Assembly: GCF_000020225.1 (NCBI RefSeq) | Contig: NC_010655.1 | Span: 2,460,001 to 2,492,000, forward strand | DNA length: 32,000 nucleotides | DNA from: Akkermansia muciniphila ATCC BAA-835 | Lineage (GTDB): Bacteria; Verrucomicrobiota; Verrucomicrobiia; Verrucomicrobiales; Akkermansiaceae | Reading direction: 5' to 3' | Shown: positions 9,742-19,792 of the stretch, piece after piece | How positions within the stretch are numbered: the stretch's first letter is position 1 | How the letters are laid out: every line of letters starts with the position of its first letter | The notes under the pieces: generated by a model | The model's input: the letters and a program-made list of their open reading frames with translations, nothing else | The model's database searches: none | Told to the model about the DNA's origin: nothing | Made by a program: the position numbers and the translations under genes

Positions 9742-9770
9742 TTGACCTGCAAGGGAGGCTGTGAGAAAAT
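9742..9770 (+). promoter_or_regulatory. Putative promoter of the carboxyltransferase gene
   Basis: TTGACC (9742-9747), 17-nt spacer, GAAAAT (9765-9770), about 50 nt upstream of ATG 9820. Same TTGACY..TGCAAG..GAGAAAAT layout as at 19933-19961. Confidence 0.35.
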
Positions 9771-9819
9771 CACCCTCCAGAAGCCACCTCTTCAATTTTT
9801 AACAACAGTTAACTAAATA

Positions 9820-11343
<1,524 letters not shown>

Positions 11344-11372
11344 AATCTCCGAAGCATCTGATCAAACCGTTT

Positions 11373-11412
11373 GCGGGCAGCCCCTCCATAAAGGGACTGC
11401 CCGCTTTACTGT
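11373..11412 (+). terminator. Intrinsic terminator between convergent genes
   Basis: gcgggcag (11373-11380) pairs with ctgcccgc (11397-11404). Inner ccct/aggg pairs, 6-nt loop, followed by tttactgtttatt. Confidence 0.75.
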
Positions 11413-12168
11413 TTATTGAGAAACGGCGTTTTCGTCACAGCTCCCGTTATTCCTAAAAACCAGCATCTTTCCGGCCAGTGTCTGGCTGAGAGGCTTTGCC
11501 GGAATACTTTTGATGGAACCGGACTTGATGGGGAATGGAAGAGGGTACTCACATTTACAGGAAGTATCTGTATTCGTTTTGCACTGAACATAATTCAATC
11601 CCTCAATGGGAATGGAAAAAGAATAAGAGGCGGCAGGAATTTTACCCCAATACTGTTCTTCCACATCCTTGATGGCTTTGTTGCTTTCCTCCAATTGGCT
11701 CAAGTTAAAAACATGATCCTTTCCCCAATGACAGGCAACTGCGGTTCCGTCTACTTCCCAGACGTTCAGTAAAACGCACCAATGAGCGTGAATTCCTGAA
11801 TGATCGGGTTTGCCAGAGGCATCCACGCAAAAAGGAACCATGCAGAGGCCTCCGCCATTCAGCGTTTCAATGATGGAAGTGACGTCACAGGCAACAGACT
11901 GACACTTGATTTTGGACGGGGCCAGCTTCTCTATATAAGTGGCCATGCTTGAAGTAGCGTCATATAATTCTCCAATAACGGTTTTCCCGTCCTTTTTGAA
12001 CTTGTTCCTCAGGGACTCACTAGTCTTGTCCCCGTCTGCCGTGGCGGGGATTTTAATATCATAAAGATATTCTAGGACAAAGGACAAGGCGTAGAGACCG
12101 CAGGTCGGCCCCCGCTGGTCCTTGAATTCAACGTTCCGGCCTTCCGGATTGGTAACTGTAATAGACAT
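11413..12168 (-). CDS. Hypothetical protein; probable papain-fold (clan CA, C39-like/Josephin-like motif order) cysteine peptidase, no signal peptide
   Basis: 251-aa ORF. Q18-x4-C23-G (KDQRGPTCGLYALSFVL) resembles the oxyanion-Gln/catalytic-Cys motif. SGIHAHWCVLL resembles the His strand (H-aromatic-x-V-L). D140/D151/N155 are candidate third residues. Cys-containing C-terminal tail. Visibly AT-richer than its neighbours. Confidence 0.55.
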   Translation of the reverse strand: MSITVTNPEGRNVEFKDQRGPTCGLYALSFVLEYLYDIKIPATADGDKTSESLRNKFKKDGKTVIGELYDATSSMATYIEKLAPSKIKCQSVACDVTSIIETLNGGGLCMVPFCVDASGKPDHSGIHAHWCVLLNVWEVDGTAVACHWGKDHVFNLSQLEESNKAIKDVEEQYWGKIPAASYSFSIPIEGLNYVQCKTNTDTSCKCEYPLPFPIKSGSIKSIPAKPLSQTLAGKMLVFRNNGSCDENAVSQ

Positions 12169-12177
12169 AATTCAATA

Positions 12178-12214
12178 ATGATGGCGTGGGGATTCATTTC
12201 CCGCACGCCATCAT
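12178..12214. other. Strong stem-loop between the MATE stop and the peptidase start
   Basis: atgatggcgtg (12178-12188) pairs with cacgccatcat (12204-12214). Inner ggga/tccc pairs. On the minus strand the hairpin ends 9 nt before ATG 12168. Confidence 0.6.
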
Positions 12215-12371
12215 CACATCACCGGAACGCGCTTGACGCACGCTCCGCCATGCCTCCGACCATGTTTACTTTCCGGAACATCGCATTCCTCCTCTCGGAA
12301 GGGAAATGCTTAGGAAACTTAATTCTCCCAGAAAGCCGCCCTTTTAATATCGGGAATGAAGAAGATGAAAG

Positions 12372-13766
12372 TTATTCCCCCGCCTGCCTCATCAGGGAAA
12401 ATTCCCGCCTGGTAGTGCGCCTTACGCGCCAGAGCAGCAGCACCGCCGCTACTGCCAGGCCGATGATGAATCCCGTCCAGATGCCCCGCGCTCCCATGGC
12501 CGGGACAATCCAGTCCGTACGGGCAAGGATGTAGCACGCCGGAAATCCTACCATCCAATAAGAGAAAAACGTAATGAAGGTAATGGACGCCGTATCCCGG
12601 AATCCTCTCAGAACCCCGACGGAAAGCACCTGCAAACAGTCCGGAAGCTGGTAGGCCGCCGCCAGAACCAGCAGGACGGAAGCCGTGCTGACAATCAGCT
12701 CCGAGTCATTGTACAGGTGCACGATCTGCTCGCGGAACAGGGTGATGCCTCCAAAGGTGCACAGACAGATGGTGAGCACCAGCACATAGGAAGACAGAAT
12801 GGCGGATCTGGTGCCTGCCAGGTCATTCCTGCCGTGATGGTACGCCACGCGGATGGAAGCCGCCAGCCCTACGGAAAGCGGGAGCATGAACACCAGGCCG
12901 CCCACGTTCCCGGCAATCTGGTGGCTAGCCACCTGCGTCTCTCCCAGCGGAGCCAGCACCAGAGCCGCCGCGCAGAAGAGCATCACCTCGCACAGCTGGG
13001 AAACGCCTATAGGCACGCCCAGCCGCACCAGGTGCGTGATGACGGAAGGCGTAGGCCGCCGCCAGGAAATGATGTGCCTGCGGTACGGCCTGTGCTTGGG
13101 ATTGAAGTAAACCAGCAGGAACATCAGCAGGAATTCAATGTAGAAAATGACTGCCGTGGCCGCACCGCACCCCGCTCCACCCATGCGGGGAAAACCGTAC
13201 ATGCCAAAGACGAACATGTAGTTCAGGGGAATGTTGAGCAACAGGCCGCACAATCCCACGTACATGGCGGGACGTGTCATGTTGGAGCCTTCGTTCAGGC
13301 TCTTCAGGGCCACGAACCCCAGGTTGGCGGGAAGGCCCCACATAATGGCGAACATGTAGGCGGAGGCCATCTGGCACATGGCGGCGTCATCGGAAATCCA
13401 GCCGAACACATTTCTCAACACATAAATGACCGGCATGGAAACCAGACTGAGCATGAACGCCAGCCACAGGCCGTGGTTGGTCATGTAGCCCACGCGGCTT
13501 TCATGGCTTTTCCCCCGCATGTTGGCAATTACGGGGCCGATGATCATCAACACGCCGCAGGCGAAGAGAGCCACGGGCAGGTACACGGAAGACCCCAGGG
13601 CCACGGCGGCCATGTCCGTCACGCCGGCGCGCCCGGCCACAATAGCGTCCACCGCCCCCATGCCCACAATGGAGAGGTTGACCACCAGCACCGGAAGGGC
13701 CAGCGGTATCAACTTTTTCATTTCCTTCAAATTCCACGTCTTATTCATTTTTTTATTCCCTTCCAT
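12372..13766 (-). CDS. MATE-family multidrug/toxin efflux transporter (NorM-like)
   Basis: 464 aa with a 12-TM pattern. N-terminus KKLIPLALPVLVVNLSIVGMGAVDAIVAGRAG is typical of MATE. Internal two-fold repeat. Confidence 0.92.
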   Translation of the reverse strand: MEGNKKMNKTWNLKEMKKLIPLALPVLVVNLSIVGMGAVDAIVAGRAGVTDMAAVALGSSVYLPVALFACGVLMIIGPVIANMRGKSHESRVGYMTNHGLWLAFMLSLVSMPVIYVLRNVFGWISDDAAMCQMASAYMFAIMWGLPANLGFVALKSLNEGSNMTRPAMYVGLCGLLLNIPLNYMFVFGMYGFPRMGGAGCGAATAVIFYIEFLLMFLLVYFNPKHRPYRRHIISWRRPTPSVITHLVRLGVPIGVSQLCEVMLFCAAALVLAPLGETQVASHQIAGNVGGLVFMLPLSVGLAASIRVAYHHGRNDLAGTRSAILSSYVLVLTICLCTFGGITLFREQIVHLYNDSELIVSTASVLLVLAAAYQLPDCLQVLSVGVLRGFRDTASITFITFFSYWMVGFPACYILARTDWIVPAMGARGIWTGFIIGLAVAAVLLLWRVRRTTRREFSLMRQAGE

Positions 13767-13888
13767 GCATCCTCACTCAAAAAGCCGGAACATGCCGGCA
13801 AACAAGCCGGACCAGAGCGGCAGGCTCCAATCCGGCTTTAAAGTTAAAGGTTGCCAACCGTACCGGGCCTCCCGCCCCGTCCGGGCAT

Positions 13889-14965
13889 TCAGCGGTCAAG
13901 CACCACACGAGCGCATTGTTCAGCCACCTGGCGGAACGCGGCGGAAACCGGATTCTGCCCGGGCTCTTCCAGGGCCACGGGGCGGCCTTCGTCCCCGCCG
14001 GAGCGGGTGGAAATATCCAGCGGAATCTTGCCGAGCAGGGGCACTCCCAGCTTAGCCGCTTCCCGTTCGCCGCCTCCTTCGCCAAAGATATGGTAAATCT
14101 TGCCGTCAGAGGGGCACTGGAAATAACTCATGTTTTCAATTATGCCCAGAATGGGGGTTTCCACCCGTTCAAAGAGACCGATCGCCTTGCGGGCATCAAT
14201 CAGCGCCACTTCCTGCGGGGTGGTCACCACCACCACGCCGTCCAGTTCGGCCGTCTGGACAATAGTCAGCTGAATGTCTCCGGTGCCGGGAGGCAGGTCC
14301 AGAATCAGAAAATCCACATCCCCCCATGCCACGTTGCGCAGGAACTGCTGGACGTAGCGTGTCGCCAGGGGACCGCGCACCGCCACAGGATCGGATTCAT
14401 TAATCAGCAGCCCCATGGAAAGAAGTTTCACGCCATGGGCCGTTACCGGGATAAATTCGTCATTCTCATTGGCTCCGGGGCGTTCCTTGGTGCCGAACAT
14501 CAGGGACATGGAAGGGCCGTAAATATCCAGGTCCACCAGACCGACGGAATACCCCAGCTTGCTCAGAGCCACCGCCAGGTTCGCGGAAACGGTGGATTTG
14601 CCCACGCCGCCCTTGCCGGAAGCCACGGCAATGACATGCTTGGCTCCGGGAACGGAGGATTTCCAGGTAGAGGGGTCGTCATTGATTCCCTTCCTGGCTT
14701 CCGGAGCCTTATGCTCGATATTGACGTCACAATGCTTCACGCCGGGCAAATGTTTCATCACGCCGTGAACGCCTTCAAAAATGTAACGGGGAATATCCGC
14801 ATTCTTGCTCTCAATCACTAAATCAATCGTGACGTTGTTTTCAGCGTCAATGTCAATCTTTTTCACCAGCCCGAAAGATACGATATCACGGCTGAACCCC
14901 GGAAATTTTACCGTGGTCAGCGCAGCCCGTATCAATTCCGGAGTCAATTCCTGTTGTGTCGTCAT
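13889..14965 (-). CDS. apbC: Mrp/NBP35/ApbC-family Fe-S cluster carrier ATPase with N-terminal DUF59-like domain
   Basis: VIAVASGKGGVGKSTVSANLAVAL deviant Walker A, DLPPGTGD switch, ENMSYFQCP. N-terminal ~90 aa resemble the MIP18/DUF59 domain. Confidence 0.93.
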   Translation of the reverse strand: MTTQQELTPELIRAALTTVKFPGFSRDIVSFGLVKKIDIDAENNVTIDLVIESKNADIPRYIFEGVHGVMKHLPGVKHCDVNIEHKAPEARKGINDDPSTWKSSVPGAKHVIAVASGKGGVGKSTVSANLAVALSKLGYSVGLVDLDIYGPSMSLMFGTKERPGANENDEFIPVTAHGVKLLSMGLLINESDPVAVRGPLATRYVQQFLRNVAWGDVDFLILDLPPGTGDIQLTIVQTAELDGVVVVTTPQEVALIDARKAIGLFERVETPILGIIENMSYFQCPSDGKIYHIFGEGGGEREAAKLGVPLLGKIPLDISTRSGGDEGRPVALEEPGQNPVSAAFRQVAEQCARVVLDR

Positions 14966-15218
14966 ATATCTGAAATATTCATGGTTGCATCAACATTCCG
15001 GCCCCGTGCCTCCGGCATGCAGAATGCTCCGGAATATGAAAAAAGGGGACGGCAAAACCGGGAAGTAAAAATACTCCCTTTTTTATTTTTGACAACGCCT
15101 AATTCAGACAAAACGGCTTTTTGCCCGCCGGATTTGCAATGACCCGGATACTAAGAAATGGCGGGACGGCCGCAGCCCCGCTATTGGTGAAATAAAAAAC
15201 AGGAGGGAGGGGGAAAAT

Positions 15219-15431
15219 TTATTCCCCCTGCTGCTTCAGTGTCTCCCGGATATCCTGGAGAGCGGCGATGAAATCATCCAAAATTTCCGCAGGCACCATA
15301 ATCCGGTCCCGGTTGGAGCTCACCTTTTCCGTAATACGCACCACTTTGCCGCGCGCATTCTGTTTGAGATCAAGAAAGAACGTCTTGCGTTCCGCAATGA
15401 TTTTTTCTGTACAAATAATATCGTCCTCCAC
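15219..15431 (-). CDS. Small PUR-alpha-like (DUF3276-type) single-repeat nucleic-acid-binding protein
   Basis: 70 aa with a GTG start (15429-15431) preceded by AGAGG. ERKTFFLDLKQNARGKVVRITEKVSSNRDRIMVPAEILDDFIAALQDI matches the PUR repeat pattern (KRFYxDxKxNxRGxFxxIxE...RxxIxxP...xFxxxL). Confidence 0.6.
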   Translation of the reverse strand: MEDDIICTEKIIAERKTFFLDLKQNARGKVVRITEKVSSNRDRIMVPAEILDDFIAALQDIRETLKQQGE

Positions 15432-15465
15432 GGCTGTAATCTACCTCTGGTTGAATGAGGATTTC

Positions 15466-15494
15466 AGGATAAAGCTTCCCCGCTGGCGGGTCAA
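15466..15494 (-). promoter_or_regulatory. Putative sigma70-type promoter of the PUR-like gene
   Basis: Minus strand: TTGACC (15494-15489), 17-nt spacer, TATCCT (15471-15466), about 35 nt upstream of the GTG start and directly downstream of a terminator. Confidence 0.4.
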
Positions 15495-15528
15495 TGTTTT
15501 ATTTACCCCGGCAGATGCGGCCGGGAAG

Positions 15529-15560
15529 CAAAAACCGGAAAAATAACGGTATTTTTCCGG
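15529..15560 (-). terminator. Intrinsic terminator about 300 nt downstream of the cimA stop
   Basis: Perfect 11-bp stem ccggaaaaata (15535-15545) / tatttttccgg (15550-15560), 4-nt loop. On the minus strand it is followed by TTTTT (15534-15530). Confidence 0.7.
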
Positions 15561-15864
15561 CAGGGCATCCGTTCTTCGGGCAAACTGGCAGCAATCCGGC
15601 GTCCCGGCGTTAACTGCGGCAACGTGATTGACCAACATGAATGGAGAACAGGAAAGAACACAGGAGCCGTCTCAAAAAAGAACACTGTCGCCCGGGCCTG
15701 TTCACGAAGCTCATTGATCCTCTTCCTGTTCATTTTGAGCCATCCAACCGGCAGGAGGAGCTTTTTCCGCCCTTCAGCTTCCGGCCCGCCCCACGCAAGG
15801 GAACGGGAAGAAAATGGAAAAGCCATGAGAACCGCCCACGTCCCCCGGAAAGGAGCGCCGCCCA

Positions 15865-17499
15865 TCAGCATTCCGCACGCCATCTGGCCTGTTCCGTCTT
15901 GTAGAGCTTGTACGTGACGGCGTCCGCCAGGGCTTCCAGGCTGGCCTCAATAATGTTGTAGGAAACGCCCACAGTGGTCCAGGTGGCGACGCCGTCCGAG
16001 GACTCAATAAGCACGCGGACATTGGAGCCGGTTCCGTTTTCATCCTCCGCCTCCGGAATGTTCGTCCGGGTGGGGGAAAGCACGCGCACCTTGTAGTCGA
16101 TGAGGTGCATCTGCTCCAATTCCGGATACCAGCGCGTCAGGGCGCGGCGCAGAGCCCTGTCCAGCGCATGCACGGGGCCAAAGCCCCCGGCGGCGGTGTG
16201 CTCCACATTGCCGTGGACATCCAGCTTGAGGGAGGCTTCCACCATCATGTCCGGGTCCATTTCATGGCGTGAGGTCAGCACCACAGTGCGCAGGATGTTG
16301 AAATACGGTTTCAAGGCATTGTCCGGCATGTGCCGCAGGAAGAGCAGCTCCGCGCTGGCCGGGGCGGCCACGTAATCATACCCCAGCGCGGCATTTTTCT
16401 TCACGGCGGCGGAAAGCACGTCCAGAAGGGGGTCTCCCTTTTCCAGTTCAAAACCCAGGGTGCGGGACAGGGAAAGGATGTTGCTCCTGCCGCCCTGCTC
16501 CGTCATCAGCACGCGCTGGGCGTTCCCCACCAGGGAGGGGTCGATGTGCTCGTACAAAGCGGCTTCCTTCATGATCGCGCTGACATGCACTCCGCCCTTA
16601 TGGGCGAACGCGGCGTTCCCCACGAAGGGCTGCCGCCGGAAAGGCGCCAGATTGGATACTTCCGAGACAAAGGCGGCAGTGGATTTGAGCCGCGTCAGGG
16701 AGGCGCCGCTGAGGCAGGAAAAGCCTTTCATCTTCACCTGGAGGTTGGGGATGACGGAACAAAGATTGGCATTTCCGCAACGCTCCCCGATGCCGTTCAC
16801 GGTCCCCTGCACCTGGATGGCTCCGCTGTTTACCGCGGCCAGGCTGTTGGCGACGGCCAGTTCACAGTCATTGTGGGCGTGGATGCCCAGAAGGGCATGC
16901 GGCAGGCGTTCCCTGACCGTCCTGATAATGGAGCTGATTTCCTCCGGCATGGTGCCTCCGTTGGTATCGCACAGCACCAGGCAGTCCGCTCCATGTTCCC
17001 AGGCTGTCCGGAGCACAGCCAGGGCGTATTCCTGATCCCGCTTGAAGCCGTCAAAAAAGTGTTCTGCGTCAAAAAAGGCTTCTTCCATATTTTTCTTAAG
17101 GAAGGAAATGGAATTGCCGATGATTTCCAGATTGCGTTCCCGGGAAATGCCCAGGGCCACTTCCACATGGCGGGGGCAGGATTTCCCAAAAACCGCGGCC
17201 ACCCGCGCACCGCTGGATATCAGGGCGGTCAGCGTGGGGTCCGTCTCCGGAGTATGGGAAGGATGGTGCGTGCTTCCAAAGGCGGCCAGCTTTGCATTCC
17301 TTAGTCCGACACCTCTCATGGCGTTGAAAAATTCCGTTTCCACCGGATTGGCGCCGGGCCAGCCGCCCTCAATGTAATCCATGCCCAGATAATCCAGCTG
17401 GCGGGCGATGCGGACCTTGTCCGTCGCGCTCAAATTGACGTCTTCACTCTGCGCGCCGTCCCGCAACGTAGTATCATAGAGAAAGATTTTGGTGGACAT
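15865..17499 (-). CDS. cimA: (R)-citramalate synthase (LeuA/CimA family)
   Basis: 544 aa. LYDTTLRDGAQSED, YIEGGWPGANP, DAEHFFDGFK, VLCDTNGGTMP, IHAHNDCELAVANS, GTVNGIGERCGNANLCSVIPNL and the C-terminal regulatory domain are collinear with Geobacter-type CimA as I recall it. Confidence 0.9.
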   Translation of the reverse strand: MSTKIFLYDTTLRDGAQSEDVNLSATDKVRIARQLDYLGMDYIEGGWPGANPVETEFFNAMRGVGLRNAKLAAFGSTHHPSHTPETDPTLTALISSGARVAAVFGKSCPRHVEVALGISRERNLEIIGNSISFLKKNMEEAFFDAEHFFDGFKRDQEYALAVLRTAWEHGADCLVLCDTNGGTMPEEISSIIRTVRERLPHALLGIHAHNDCELAVANSLAAVNSGAIQVQGTVNGIGERCGNANLCSVIPNLQVKMKGFSCLSGASLTRLKSTAAFVSEVSNLAPFRRQPFVGNAAFAHKGGVHVSAIMKEAALYEHIDPSLVGNAQRVLMTEQGGRSNILSLSRTLGFELEKGDPLLDVLSAAVKKNAALGYDYVAAPASAELLFLRHMPDNALKPYFNILRTVVLTSRHEMDPDMMVEASLKLDVHGNVEHTAAGGFGPVHALDRALRRALTRWYPELEQMHLIDYKVRVLSPTRTNIPEAEDENGTGSNVRVLIESSDGVATWTTVGVSYNIIEASLEALADAVTYKLYKTEQARWRAEC

Positions 17500-17611
17500 C
17501 CCCTTGATTCATACATGCAAACGGGAAGCCGTTCAAGACCGGGCCCCGGCTTTTCCCCTGATGCAGACACGAAAAGCGCAAGGCTTGAAGGAGAAACCTG
17601 CTTCCGGTAGG

Positions 17612-19792
17612 ATGGCCGCCATGAGTTTACTCAGGCAGTCTCTTCATCTCTTTTTCCTCTTCCTCTCCGTGGCCCTTCCCTCCCCGGCGGCCACTTCCGC
17701 CCACCCTTTCCTGGACAGGGAGCGTCCCATCCGCTGGAGCCGGCTGACCCAGGACAAGCTGGAACCGGATATTCAGGAAGCCATGCGCCTCACCCGGACA
17801 GCCATAGAGGAAATCAGCCGCCTCCGTCCGGAAGAAATGACGTATGAAAATACGTTCGGCGCGCTGGAGAAAAGCAATGACCTCCTTACGGAAGGCATGT
17901 GCAAGGCTTATGTCCTGAAAAGCCTGTGCGACAGCGGGGAACTTCGCAAGGCCATGGATTCGGTCGCTCCCCGCGTGTCCGCCTTCCTTTCCTCCGTCAC
18001 GAAAGACCAGGCCCTGTGGAAAGTCCTGAAAACCGCGGAGGAACGCCTGCGGCAAACTCACCTGAACCCCGAACAGGAACGGTACATGGAGCTAAGCATG
18101 CAGAGCTTCCGGGATAACGGCGCTGATCTGCCGCCGGACAAGCGCGCACGGCTTGAGTCCATTGACAGGGAACTGACGCTCGCCTCCCAGCGTTTCAACA
18201 ATTTGTATATGGATGCCAGGAAATCCTGGACCTGGACGGTGCGGAACGCCGCCCTTCTGGAAGGGATAGACGGAAGCGCCCTGCAGCAGGCGCGTGAAGA
18301 ATTTCTGAAGCGCCAGCCCGGCCAGTCCGGTCCGGGCTGGACGTTCACGCTTGATTCCGCGGCTTCCGCCCGGGTCATGGAAAAAGCCCGGAGGGAAGAA
18401 TGCCGGAAAGATTTATGGGAACACCGCCAGTCTCTGGCTACGGGAACATGCGACACGGAACCCGTCATCAGGGAAATCCTCTCCCTGCGCCGTGAAAAGG
18501 CGCATTTGTGCGGATATAAGGAATACCCGGATTACGCCCTGCGCGAGAGCATGGCGGAAAACGGGGAAAACGCCATAAAGTTCGTCAATGAGCTGCTGGA
18601 CAAGATCAAGGCCCCCTTTTTCCGTGAAATGGAAACGCTCCGCAGCCTGAAGGCCCGCCTTACGGGGCAGGAAAACGCCCGCCTGAATCCCTGGGACGTG
18701 GCATATTACGCCAATCTCCGGGCAGAAGAACATTTCCGGCTGGACCAGGAGGAGCTGCGCCGCCACTTTCCCCTTCCCCGCGTGCTGGACGGCCTGTTTT
18801 CCCTGGCGGAGCGGCTGTACGGCATCCGCGTGAAGGAAGTTCCGGCGCGGCAGTCCCTCTCCGGCATCCCGGCAGGCGAATCCGCCGGAACCGTGGAAGT
18901 ATGGCATCCGGACGTACGCTTTTTCACGATTGACGACGGCAACGGCAACCAACTGGGTTCCTTTTACCTGGATCTTTTCTCCCGTAGCAATAAACGGGCC
19001 GGAGCGTGGATGAACACCCTGGATACGGGCAGCCCGTCCACGCCGGAGACCCCGGGCAAGCCGCGCCTGGGCATGGTCTGCCTCAATATCCATCCCCCCG
19101 CGGCAGGAGACACGGTGATACTGTCCCACCGGGAAGTCAGGACTTTATTCCATGAGTTCGGCCACTTGCTGCACCTGATGTTTACCAGGGTTTCCATTCC
19201 TTCCCTGGCGGGGACCAGCGTGCCGCGGGATTTTGTGGAAGTCCCCTCCCAATTCATGGAAAACTGGTGCTGGCGGCCGGACGTGCTGAAAAGCTTTGCG
19301 CGCCATGAACGAACGGGACTCCCCATTCCGGAGGAAATGCTGAACTCTCTGGACGCCTCCCGCGGCAATACGCCTGCCCTCGCGCTGGCCGGGCAGCTCC
19401 TGTACGCAAAGATGGACCTGGCCGTGCATTCGGAACCGGAACGCTTCTCCGCCGGCTCTCTTGATGATGTGGATTCCGCCGTAGCGGGAGATATGGATTA
19501 TTTCAAAGATTTCAAAAGAGCCGGCAAGCTGCGCACGGCGCGTCACTTGTTTTCCTCTCCTGCGGGCTATGCCTCCTTTTATTTCTCCTACCAATGGGCG
19601 GAAGTTTTGGACAAAGATATTTTTGAAGCCTTTGAACGGGCCGGAGGCCAGGACAGGGAAACGGCAGGAAAATTCCGGAAAACCATTCTGGAAAAAGGCT
19701 ATGCTGTCCCGCCCATGCGGCAGTTCATGGATTTCATGGGAAGAAAGCCGCGCATGGACGCCATGCTCCGCAAGAGGCGGCTGGCATCCTGA
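17612..19792 (+). CDS. Secreted M3-family zinc metallopeptidase (oligopeptidase A / dipeptidyl carboxypeptidase-like)
   Basis: HEFGH zinc motif in FHEFGHLLH, downstream E ligand region (EVPSQFMENW). Start set at ATG 17612 (MAAMSLLRQSLHLFFLFLSVALPSPAATSA is a signal peptide). The track start at 17489 overlaps the cimA start. Confidence 0.9.
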   Translation: MAAMSLLRQSLHLFFLFLSVALPSPAATSAHPFLDRERPIRWSRLTQDKLEPDIQEAMRLTRTAIEEISRLRPEEMTYENTFGALEKSNDLLTEGMCKAYVLKSLCDSGELRKAMDSVAPRVSAFLSSVTKDQALWKVLKTAEERLRQTHLNPEQERYMELSMQSFRDNGADLPPDKRARLESIDRELTLASQRFNNLYMDARKSWTWTVRNAALLEGIDGSALQQAREEFLKRQPGQSGPGWTFTLDSAASARVMEKARREECRKDLWEHRQSLATGTCDTEPVIREILSLRREKAHLCGYKEYPDYALRESMAENGENAIKFVNELLDKIKAPFFREMETLRSLKARLTGQENARLNPWDVAYYANLRAEEHFRLDQEELRRHFPLPRVLDGLFSLAERLYGIRVKEVPARQSLSGIPAGESAGTVEVWHPDVRFFTIDDGNGNQLGSFYLDLFSRSNKRAGAWMNTLDTGSPSTPETPGKPRLGMVCLNIHPPAAGDTVILSHREVRTLFHEFGHLLHLMFTRVSIPSLAGTSVPRDFVEVPSQFMENWCWRPDVLKSFARHERTGLPIPEEMLNSLDASRGNTPALALAGQLLYAKMDLAVHSEPERFSAGSLDDVDSAVAGDMDYFKDFKRAGKLRTARHLFSSPAGYASFYFSYQWAEVLDKDIFEAFERAGGQDRETAGKFRKTILEKGYAVPPMRQFMDFMGRKPRMDAMLRKRRLAS

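Noticed and set aside
15503-15883. 126-aa minus-strand ORF filling the cimA to PUR-like spacer, plus two plus-strand ORFs at 15624-15917 and 15641-15904
   Set aside because: It starts inside cimA, has a low-complexity Arg/Pro/Phe-rich composition, and runs through the terminator hairpin, which is inconsistent with a real gene.
17489-17611. Upstream extension of the M3 peptidase ORF
   Set aside because: It overlaps the cimA start. A signal peptide begins at the ATG at 17612/17621, so the long form is unlikely.
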